Below are positions 22,566 to 33,728 of a stretch of DNA of 64,000 nt, piece by piece (the first letter of the stretch is position 1; every line of letters starts with the position of its first letter). The position numbers were made by a program, and so were the translations under genes. The DNA is from Puccinia triticina (Eukaryota): positions 1,364,001-1,428,000 of the forward strand of contig CP110440.1 in assembly GCA_026914245.1 (NCBI GenBank), in the 5' to 3' direction. Under the pieces are notes generated by a model. It was not told where the DNA came from and made no database searches. It was given only the letters and a program-made list of their open reading frames with translations.

Positions 22566-24366
22566 ATGATTCTCAAGGGCATAGTTTTCCTTGTTGAGCA
22601 TTTTTCTTTTTGCTTACCAATCTGTTTCCTCCAACTGAATGTCATAAATTTAACACATGCTGCATGGCTATTGGCAGCTTCTTCAAGTAGCGTATCAATC
22701 GACTGCGAAAAGAGTCGTCAATCCCGCGGATGGAACAGGTCAATTGAACCGGTCGTCAAACTCAACCACAATGTCCGCATCTACTGCAGCGACATCTGCG
22801 AATCTTACGGGGCCACCCTCCGCATCCAATACCTTTCATCATCACTCCAAACGTCTAGTCAGTGATAATAATCTTTCATTTCTCAGAAACGCGCTGAAAG
22901 CCTGTAACTTTTGGATTAATTAGGTCACAGCGACTGAGGCAGAGGCTGGGACAGAGGCAAGGGCAGCGGCAGCGGCAGGGACAGGGGCACCAGCCGAAGA
23001 GGAAATCTGTGCAATTTGCCAAGAGCCGCTGCGTCCGCCGGCCGCGAACGAAGATGAGTCACAACGGTCTAGGTCTAGGAGTAGACGAGTGCTCGGCATG
23101 AGGTTACCAAGTTTATCTCGGTCACGTTCCAGAAGAGTTTCTCATACGCAAACTGAAGAACCTGTAGAAACTGAACTAGATGGATGGCCGTGCGCACACA
23201 TGCTTCACAGGACTTGTATGGCAAGGTGCATTGAAGCAGGACGTACCACTTGTCCAACTTGCAGTATGGAGCTTAATGGGAGACCTCAACAAGTGCCTGC
23301 TCGGCCAGCTCCTCAAACTCAAAATCATAATTCAGGTGTGCATTCTGGGCAAGCAAATTGGGCTGGATCTATTGGGCAAGCATACAGCCCTGGATTTCAT
23401 GGGCAATCCACAGGTGGGACACGGGGATTTAGGGTTGAACCCCCAGCACCACCTGGGGAACAAATATCTTCATTTTCGAATGAGTCTGGATTTTACGAGC
23501 AACCATACGGGCCCGGATCTTATGGGCAATCCACAGGGGGTACGTATGGATTCCATTCTGAACAACCACCACCTTATGGGCAACAAGAGCCCTCATATTC
23601 AGAATTAATTTTTGGGAGTCTGCCTCATGGCAATATGCAACCAAGCTATTCTCCTCAATACCCACCCTCACCAGCTAGACATGAAATGTCTACATCTTCA
23701 GGATATTATGGTAATCAAGCCCCAATGTCTGGCATGATGATGCACCCCCCGCATGGACAGATGCCCTCATACCCACTGCCATCTGGTCCACAACCCGGAC
23801 ATATGATGTCACCCCCACACTGGCAAACAGCTCCACCCCAACCGCCACCTGGATTCCCAGGAGCTGGCTTTCCAAGACCTGGCTTCCCAGGACCTGGCTT
23901 CCCGGGACCTGGCTTCCCGGGACCTGGCTTCCCGGGACCTGGCTTCCCAGGAATTGGATTTCCAAGACCTGGATTCCCAGGAGCTGGCTTTCAACCACCT
24001 GTGCTTCGAGAACCTCGTTATCATATCCCTGGATTTGAAGGATATAGTTTCTCACTCCCTGGGTTTCTACGCCCCCGTAATAGACGCTGTATGCGTCTAA
24101 TGATGATGCCACCCTCCCATATGCCTCCTCCTCCACCATCACCTGGGTTCCCAGCAGGGTTTTCTAGGGGCCCACCTACAAACATGATGCAATTTTCAAG
24201 GCATACACCTCAGCCAAATCCATATTTCAACCATATGTATCCTGGGCAACAAGATACAAGCTTTGTGAGGCACAGTCACCAAGACTCAGTCAATGATTTT
24301 CAAGTTAAAATTTTTTACATCTCCCTGTTCCTCCTCTGTTACATATTTTTTAAGTTATCAAGATGA
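22566..24366 (+). CDS. Predicted secreted RING-H2 finger protein with Pro/Gly-rich tail (candidate effector); exons 22566-22592, 22678-22857, 22924-~24366
   Basis: Spliced N-terminus MILKGIVFLLLQVAYQSTA (signal-peptide-like), then ...HHHSKR (Kex2-like site). RING-H2 CAIC...CAHMLHRTC...CPTC followed by (PGFPG)n repeats. The last ~34 codons may be read-through into an LTR. Confidence 0.75.
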
Positions 24367-25088
24367 ATCAAGATTCTAGAAAGTTTCCAGTGAATTCAAC
24401 CCAGGAAATCTTCCCCAAAAAAATCAAAAACCAAAAAAACAAGAAATTTTCAACAAAAATCAGGAGAGGGAAAAATTCAAGGGATCCTACCATGGAATTT
24501 AATTTGATCACCTATGAAAAACAGTTGAAATTTTGGAAAGTGTGGAAGGGGTTGAGAGTTCTCTGTTAGAATTAAATTCTGAGGTTTTCAAAAGATTCAA
24601 TTTTTAAATCTTAAACAATTTGGATTGGCTCTGTATTGCATTCCCCAGCCAGTCTTGCAACCTCCCGTGCCCTTTGGATCCATCTTAATTTTGATCCTTT
24701 CAATTTCACCCACCAAAATCTCAGCTCCAAACCACCACTGCATATGATTCTCCTCAAATGTCACCTTTTCACCTCTTCTCCTTCACCATCATCTCTTTTG
24801 TACTTATCAAAATACAGATTTACTTTGCAAACTGCAAAAAAATTGTCTTACACTGAAGGAGGTGTCTACTTGAATTCCTGGCCACATTGCAGTACAGTAG
24901 CTCAAAACGCTTCACTCACTGCAAATTAAAAACCTTGAAATTCCCATTTTTTTCTTTTTGGTACAATTTGAGTCAAATATCTCCAAATACTCCAGTATTC
25001 AACAGTCCCAAAAAATATGTTGAATACCACCGTGCTAGTCTTTGGGAAAGGCTATGAACGCGGGAGAGCCAGAGGGAGAGGCCCTTAC
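24264..25088 (+). repeat. Probable Gypsy-type LTR abutting the RING gene
   Basis: Starts TGTGAGG and ends GGCCCTTAC; abrupt switch to AT-rich, CpG-poor DNA. It does not match the LTR at 30686 and no TSD was found. Confidence 0.4.
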
Positions 25089-25210
25089 TAGATGAATCCT
25101 TACCTAAAAGTTCCTTAAATAGTGATTCCCCATTAGGTCTTAGCCTAGATATAGACAGTCTCTCTGACCCATCAAATAGAGAATTTTTCCTCAATAATCT
25201 CAACACTGAA

Positions 25211-28200
25211 ATGTCTAGAAATGGCCTTTTGTTTCTAGAAGAAAAAATACAATTCTTGTTTTCTGAATTTTTCTCTGAACTATCTGGTACTGTTGAAACC
25301 ATTCCTGGTACTCTTCTTGAATCTTGTGTCAGCAATTCTAAAGATGTCCTGAATCATTCCATCCTTGATCTGTTTAAGAATGAGTTCATTCCCTTTTTAC
25401 TTGACCAAATCCTGAACAACATAGGTGAAAGTGCCAGAGAGAAATCCACAGTGAACAACAATGTGTTAGGTCAACTGAAAAAACACATAGATCAGAAATT
25501 TGAGACAGTTCAAGATTTGATTCTGGTAAATGAGTCTCAATGGCATTCCAACATGGATACAATTGGTCAGAACCTGAAAGATTTTGAGGAGAAAGTGAGC
25601 AACAATCTTTCATCCATTGGTAATCAGATCAATGACCTTCATGCAAATGAGCACAACAGATTTGAACAATCCAAGAGGAGATTCAGTGACATATCTTCTG
25701 TAGTAAATTCTGTGAACTCAAAGCTGGATTCCTTGGTAATACCAGATGACAGAGAACAGCCCCCACATCTCTTATACAATAACCCTTTTCAGAATATCCA
25801 TCATGAGCAACAACAGGAACACAGAGCCACTCCTCCTGTTCCTACTCCTGAACCCCAGAGACCATCAAGAGATAACTTCCCCAAACCTGCAAGCAATACT
25901 CCTAATGTAAATGCTCAAGAAGAATTCCCCTACATTGATCATGGAGCAGTAGACTTTGAGATGAGGAAGGAATTGTGGAAAGGTATTCCTAAGAATGGAG
26001 ACTGGGAAAAATTCTCTGGAGAATTGCTGTACAACCATGAACTCTGGATTAAAAACACTGATATCCTTGTCAGAGACTACTTGATGCTTGATAATATGAT
26101 AATCAGTAGATTAACAATCTTGTTGACTGACACTGCAAGGAATTGGTACCTAGGCATCAGAGATCAGTATGGAAACAAATCTTGGGCCTGGTGGAAGAAT
26201 GCCATCAGAAATAAGTTTGGCACTGAGAACTGGAAATGGAAAATGCAACAAGAGTTTGAGAGTGATCACTTTGCCTATGATGGGAGAAAAATCCATAAAT
26301 GGTTTGGTAATCAGAGAGAAAGACTGAAAGCTTATCAACCTGAACTCAGTCAGTATCTTATTTGTGAGAAAAGCTTGAAGCAATGCCCTCCAAACCTTGA
26401 GCATGCTATCAAAAGCAGATATAAAAGAGATGCTACTGAAATGAGCTTTGAGGATATGGTTATAATTGCTGAAGAAATCATAGATAGAGTCATGAAAAGG
26501 AACAAGCCTGTGACAAACAATTATAATACTCCAAACAGATCCCAATGGAGAAATAATCCTGCCCCTGAGAAAACTGATAAGGCAACTGACTCCTCTACAA
26601 AAAGGAATCCTGTCTCTGCCCCTGAGAAGGAAAAACTTATATGCCATTTCTGCAAACAAACTGGCCACTTCTCCAGGGAATGCCCTAAGAAGAAGAACAG
26701 AATTAATAATGTAGGAATGGATGATGATGATGATCCCAAGAGTGACAATGGAGAAGATCAAGGTGAGCCACAAAAGTCTGAATCAGAACTAGATGAAGAA
26801 GAAGAGAATCATAGAACCAACCACATGATCCTTGCCATGGACAATGGAAATGGTGCCAATTATGATCCCTTAGTTGACTTTGATTTTGGAGCACATGCTG
26901 TAGAGTGTGAGATAAACCAAGACTTCTCCATTGCTGAAATTCAAGCTGAAACTCATCAACCCCAGACCTGGGACAAATCCTGCCAGTCTTCCCATATAGA
27001 GGATGCTAGACTGATGAAATGTAAACCTGACAGAGGAAAAGCTCAACTTACTGGAAAAGCTAATCTCACTACTGTCCTCATTGAATCCAGAGAAAACTCA
27101 TGTCTTCTTGATAGTGGATCTTCTTGCTCAATCATCAGCAACAGATTGCTAGATTCTATAATACCAGAATGGGAAAACAAGCTCATGCCAATCAACCATG
27201 CTAAATTCCACAGCTGTAGTGACCAATTACAGCCAATGGGCATAATAGAAATGGCTTTGATTTTTCCTCATACTAAAGGTTCCGTAGGAATTCTAGCAGA
27301 ATTTGTGGTGATGAGAAATGCCAGAATCAACTACCTTATACTTGGAAATGATTACATGTCTCTGTATGGTTTGGATATCACAAACAGCAAAGAGAGATTC
27401 TTCACCATTGGTAATGAGAATAAGAGGAAGAAATTCAGTTTTAAATCCCATCCTCCAGAGAAAATGAGTCCTTCAAATGAAATCTCTGCTGTAAAGAAGT
27501 CCAATCCCCAACTGCAACAATTTATTGCAGAAGAACTTTGTGAAGACAAGTTCAGTGACAAGCTAACCATTGAGCAAAAAGAGAAGCTGTTTGAAGTCCT
27601 CTACAATAACAACCTTGCCTTCTCTAACACCAATCAACCCCTTGGTGCCATTAGAGGCCATGAAGTTCATCTCAAGTTGACAACTGAGAGGCCCTATCCT
27701 CCTCTGCTCAGGAGACCTCCTTACCCTGCCAGCCCCAAAAGCAGAGAAGCTCTTGAACAACATATTGAAGAGCTAGTAAACCTGAATTTTCTAAGGAAAG
27801 TTGGCCATAATGAAGTAGTTGAGATCACCACTCCTGTAATCATTGCCTGGCATAATGGAAAGTCCAGAATGGTAGGAGATTTCAGAGCTTTAAACTCCTA
27901 TACTGCTTCAGACAGGTATCCCATTCCCAAGATCAGTGAGACTCTGAACAACCTAGCCAAAGCTAAATATCTGACTAGTATGGATGTACTCAAAGGTTTT
28001 CACCAGAATGTCATTGCAGAAGATTCTAGAAACCTGCTCAGGATTATTATGCACAAAGGAATCTATGAATACCTGAGAATGCCCTTTGGGATCAAGAATG
28101 CCCCCTCTCATTTCCAGAGAATGATGGACATTGAGTTCAGAAAAGAAATTGATGAGAAGTGGGTCATTTTCTACATTGATGATATCATCATTATGTCCAA

Positions 28201-30648
28201 CACTTGGGAAGAACACCTCAATAGGATAGACAGGATACTGAAAGTTGTCATCAACATGAACATGAAAATCTCCCTGAAGAAGTATAACTTTGGATTTGAT
28301 CAGATCAAAGCTCTAGGCCATCTTGTCTCTGGAATTGCCATAGGAATAGACCAGAACAAAGTAGCTGCTGTCCTCCAAAAGCCTGTGCCTAGTAGTAGGG
28401 AAGAAATGCAATCATTTCTTGGTTTTGCTGGTTACTACAGACAACACATTGAGAATTTTGCAGAGATAGCAAAACCTCTAACTGAGCTCACAAGGATTGA
28501 TGTCATATATGAGATGACTCATCATAGGATAGTAGCCTACAACTTGTTAAAAGAGAAACTGATCACAGCTCCATTGATACTGTTTCCTGACTGGGCCCAT
28601 CCTTTCACACTATATGTAGATGCTAGTATTGCTGGTTTAGGTGCTGCTTTACATCAAGTCAAAGTCATTGATGGAGTAAGAAAAGAGGGACCTATTGTTT
28701 TCATATCCAGACAACTGAAGGACAGTGAAACTAGATATGGTGCCGGCCAACTTGAATGCTTGTGCCTGGTTTGGGCCCTAGAGAAACTCCATTACTACTT
28801 GGATGGCAGTTTATTTCATGGTGTAACAAATTGCACAGCTTTGAGATTACTGCTGAACATGAAGACTCCCAACAGACACATGCTCAGGTGGCAGATTGAC
28901 ATTCAAGAATACAGAGGCAACATGACTATAATCCACAAAGATGGGAATATTCACTAGAATGCTGATGGAATTAGCAGATGGGCCTTGCCAAATGATCCTA
29001 GTAACCCTGCTTATGACCCAGAAGACAAAGATGATGATAGATTCCCCATCATGGGCATACATGTCTCTACTTTCAAGAATGAGTTCTTTGACTCAGTAAG
29101 AGAAGGTTACAAGCAAGATAAAAACACTGCTATATTGTCTGAACTTGTGTTGAAAGATGCTAAAGACACCCAGCTGAAAAATTCTCTACAAGATCCTTGG
29201 AGAAAGCTATATGATGAGGGAAGATTCTCTATATTTGGTGGCCTCATCTACTTCAGAGAAAAACACAATTCTGTCCTAGTCTTAGCTGACAAGGAAAGTA
29301 TCAACACGTTTTTGCATGAATTCCATGACAGTGTCTACTCTGGTCATCTTTCTCTGTAGACAGGACCTTGGAGAAAGTAGCTGATACTGCCTGGTGGGCT
29401 AATTGGAGACAAGACACTGGTGAATACTGCTCTTCCTGTGATAGATTCCAGAAAGCAAATTAAGCCACAGGCAAGAGATTTGGACTGCTCATGAAAATTG
29501 AAGAACCTTCAAAGCCATGGGATGTGATTAACATGGATTGGGTAACTTCCTTGTCTCCTGGAGGAGCTGCTAGTTTCAATGCTTGTCTGGTAATAGTAGA
29601 CAGATACTCTAAGACCCCCATATTTGTACCCTGCTTCAAGGATGACTCTGTCATGGACACTGCCATACTGTTTTGGAACAGAGTAATGCCCAGAACTGGC
29701 ATCCCCAGAATCATCATCTCTGACAGAGATCCCAAGTTCACATCTGAATTCTGGACTGGTTTACATAGTATGCTAGGAACCAAACTCTCCTTCTCCACTG
29801 CTTACCACCCCCAGACTGATGGATTAGCTGAGAGAATGATTCAAAAACTTGAAGATATGATCAGGAGGTTTTGTGCATATGGTCTAGAATTCAAAGACAA
29901 TGATGGATACACTCATGACTGGGTTTCACTTCTACCAATCCTTGAGCTAGCATATTGCACCAGCATACATGCAACCACTGGAACACCTCCTGCCATCCTG
30001 GAGAAAGGCTGGATCCCAAACCTTCCCAGAAATTTCTTGAAACAAGACTCTGTAGACATTCATCCTACTGCTCTTGCCTATGGGAAAATCTTTGAGAAAG
30101 CAAGAAAACATGCTGAACAATGCATAACAGAAGCTACCTCTTACAACAAAGAAAGATGGGACAAGACTCACAAAGAACCATCCTTTAAAGTTGGTGATAA
30201 AGTCCTGATATCCACAGCAAACTTCAACAACTTGTCTGGTCCTAAGAAGATGAGAGACTCCTTTACTGGACCATTCCTTGTGAAAGCTTTACATGGGAAG
30301 AATGCTGTAGAAGTGATTCTGACTGAAGAGTTCAGCAGGAAACATCCCACATTCCCTGTCAGCTTGGTAAACCCATACAGAGACCCCAATCCAGATAAGT
30401 TCCCCTTGAGACAGAAGGTTAAAGTTGTTATTCCCCCCATGGATAAGACCCCTCAGAGTAAAGTCATACAGAAGATTCTCAGAGACAAAAGATTGAGAGT
30501 GGAGAACAGAGATGTTATGATTTACTTGGCTAGATACAAGGGCATGAGTGCTGATCATGATGAATGGCTCCTTGAAAAGGACATTCCAGACTCTGCTATC
30601 CTTCTCAGGAAATCCAGAAGTGAGAAGAGATCTACCCCTGTGGTTTAA
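25211..30648 (+). pseudogene. Ty3/Gypsy chromovirus gag-pol (Zn knuckle, protease, RT, RNase H, integrase, chromodomain) with few lesions
   Basis: [64 protein letters not shown]; chromodomain [11 protein letters not shown]...[16 protein letters not shown]. Stops or frameshifts near 28955, 29357 and 29460. Confidence 0.95.
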
Positions 30649-30685
30649 TTTCTTACAGAAATCCAACCTTTTTGGTGGTAGGGAA

Positions 30686-31640
30686 TGTCAGCCTTGGAGT
30701 CAACCCAGCTGACCTAAAGTCTGCCTTTTTCTACTTTTTACATATGAATTACTTTATATCTTTTTCATCTTTAGAGATAAAATTATTTTGACTTCATATT
30801 CTGTTTCCTCGTGCAATTGTATCCCTAGTTACAACTCACCAATTCTTTGTAACTTACTCCTTCCCTGAGTTATTGAGTTGCAGCGCGCACGTGCAGTTGT
30901 GACGTGTCAGCGCTACCAGGCGCGCCAAACCACATGTACATATGTAAATTACATAAGCAAACTGTGAAAATTTTCGTAGTCAGGATCCCCCTTGCCTGAG
31001 GCGGATCTACAGACTTCAGCACACCAGAACCACACCCCAGATAACCCCAGGATCACCACCAAAGAGATTACCACGCTCCCAGTATACCTACCATCACAGG
31101 CGCCTAGGATATTGACAGTAAGTAACCTCTTTCACTGAACCTTGTTTATCTCAGAGGTACAACTCTGTGTCTGCTTGATCTGCTCTTCTTCTTCTGGCCT
31201 TTGCCTTATCCTTGATCACAGGGCTGCCCCTGCTTAACATCATTCTTTTTCTGTGGTTTTTGTAAGAAACAAACCACATAGGTTTCCCTTTAAAGAACCT
31301 TGACTATCCAGAAGGAAGCTAAAAAATTGTGGCTGGATTAAACTTGTCTAATCCAGAAGCCCTCCATGTTTCTTTGGTGAGAGGAGGCTGTAGCACTCTC
31401 TAGCACAGCTTGGCAGCACTCTTCTGAAGAGGTAGCATTGCCAGTGGACCTGCATTCCCACCAGAATAACCTTGAATATCTGCTTAACCTTGAATCTGCT
31501 CAGTCTCTTTCTCTCTTTCTCTCTCTCTCTTATATTTGTATTTTCTTTATCCAAAGAAATCCAAATATTCCCCTCTTCTTTCTTGTGTCCTGCTGTCACT
31601 ATAGAGACTCAGGCTCACAAGTATACACACTCCCCCAATG
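30686..31640 (+). repeat. Gypsy 3' LTR
   Basis: Begins TGTCA directly after the purine-rich tract TGGTGGTAGGGAA. The right boundary is approximate. Confidence 0.65.
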
Positions 31641-31724
31641 ACCAGCCAGCACGCATGTGGAGTGTAAATCACTGGTGATTGAGTGGATTAAGCACTCCTC
31701 TTGATGAACCAGTCATCAAGAAGA

Positions 31725-32970
31725 GTGACATATTTCAAGATAAGAAATACAACAAGAACAAGAGAGAAGGAAAGAGAGAGAAATATGAAGATCTGGGTAA
31801 TTATATTCAAAGTTTGAATGATGAGTGGTGGGTACTAACTTCCACTGGCTATGCAACAACCTTAAGGGTTGGCAGGCAATCTGTGCTAGAGAATGAGATG
31901 CAACAGCCTCTTCTCACAATGAAACATAGAATGACTCTGAATTAGACAAGTCTAATCAGCCACAATTATTTAGACTATGTAGATGAGAGTCAAGGTTCTT
32001 TAAAGGGAAAACTATGTGGTTTTTTTCTTACAAAAACTACAGGAAAAGAAGGATATGCAATCAGAGTGATCCTTGGGATAAGAGGATTGAGATATAATAA
32101 AGTAGAAAATGCAGACTTTAGGCCAGTCGCGCTGGCTCTACGGCTGAAATGGTGGTTTTTGGTACTCATGGTGGGGGGAAGTGTTGAGTATTGGACTATT
32201 CCAAGACACAAGAAAGAAAAAAAAGGGCACAAGAGTGAGCTCAGTGGCTCAAGAGAGGAAAGACAGTGAGGATGAGTGTCTCACCGGATGCGGCTCAGTT
32301 GTGGGTGCGCAGAAGGAAGGATGAGATCTGATGGTGTTGATTTCTTGTAATTATGTAGGCTATGTTATATAGACTACGTACATGATATCAACTTGTGGGT
32401 GAGGGCACAAAAGAATATAAAAAGAAATGCATGGAAAGATCTGGAACTCTCAAAAAGGATATCACAGGAAAACCAGGTCTGTCACATGCAGAGAGCGCGC
32501 ACACAAGAGGAAATCAGTAGTCAGGAAAGCTATTTAGCTAGTCTAGGTAGGGAACAAAGTCACAAGGCTAGTACGGCAATAAAGGCATGACATGACTAAA
32601 AGATATCCATAATGGAAGAAGAGAACATAAGTATGTGAGACAAAAAGATCAGTGAATCAGGTGAGAGGGAGCAGGAAGGGGAATGGAGGCAGAAGACAAG
32701 AAGAGTTGAGACCTGAGGACAAGAATCCAACAGGAAGTATGATACAATTGAATTAATTGGCAGCTCAGAGATCTTTTGCAGAGGGAAGCACTGAGAGAGG
32801 GGATTGCAGGATAGGAGACAGGACTGGCAGCTTGGAAATGTTTTGTGGAGGAAATAACTGAAGGAGAGGATTTCAGGTGAGAATTCAAGAGAGTCAATTA
32901 CACAGGAATTGTAAAGGAGGTTGATGGAGTGAGGGTTAAGAGGGAGAACACCAGGCAGGTTTTTGGGAAA
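31725..32970 (-). repeat. Diverged inverted copy of a related Gypsy LTR
   Basis: 31990-32050 is the approximate reverse complement of 31245-31305 (TTTCCCTTTAAAGAACCTTGAC core), with similarity extending either side. Ends are approximate. Confidence 0.55.
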
Positions 32971-33128
32971 CCACCCCATCTAAAGATGGCCCCTTGTACC
33001 CGGGTACCCGCCAACAAGTCTGGGTACCCGCCTTAAAATCCCCAGGTTTTGGGCACCCTCACCCGCACCCGCACCCTGCACCCGCCAAGGAAGGAGGGGC
33101 TGGTACCTTGGGCGGATACCTGCGGGTT

Positions 33129-33728
33129 TGTTGTAGCCAGGCTACAGTAGACAGGAACCAATAGGTCCTAGATGTCAGGGTCTGACAGGACCTAAGACAA
33201 GTTACAACAGGAGAAGGTCTTGTGACACCTAGCTTTACCGGCTTTGGTTGGTATTAGTGTTACGTTACAGGTTTCTATTCATTCTTTATGACGCCACCCA
33301 TACTGGCAGCGCCCCCTTGTCATGTTAGCTCTTTAAGGACATATTTCAATTATGTCTATTTGTTGTTGCCTTTTATTTCATATATGTCCATGAGCTGTTT
33401 TAGCTACATGTCCCTATATATAAGGATCAGTGTTGTAGAGTGCTTTTCCTCAGTCATTCTCAGTAAACCTTTGAAATAAACCAGAGCTTCAACATCTACA
33501 ACTCAAAGTGACCTATCCTAGTCCCCTTTGAGCCTGTACTCACGTTACGGTTACAGTGTGCAGCTACTGATTTTTCCAAGCAGAACAATCTACTCAGAAC
33601 AATCCATTGAGCTTCCTGGTGTCAGTTTGTGGTTCTGCTACTCTTAGCTTTATCATACCTGCTGGTGTCACTCATTCATGACCTGTCATTTACAGGTCTT
33701 ACCCTCAATTAGGGATCTTCATGTGACA
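33129..33728. repeat. Probable solo LTR
   Basis: TGTTGTAG...TGTGACA ends and an internal TATATAAG. It interrupts the hAT subterminal tract. No TSD found. Confidence 0.45.

Noticed and set aside
23690..24142. Antisense ORFs with GSQVP or REARS repeats
   Set aside because: These are shadows of the 15-bp PGFPG coding repeat on the plus strand.
24264..31640. Intact Gypsy element with paired LTRs
   Set aside because: The upstream LTR-like block does not match the 3' LTR at 30686, and no PBS or TSD was found.
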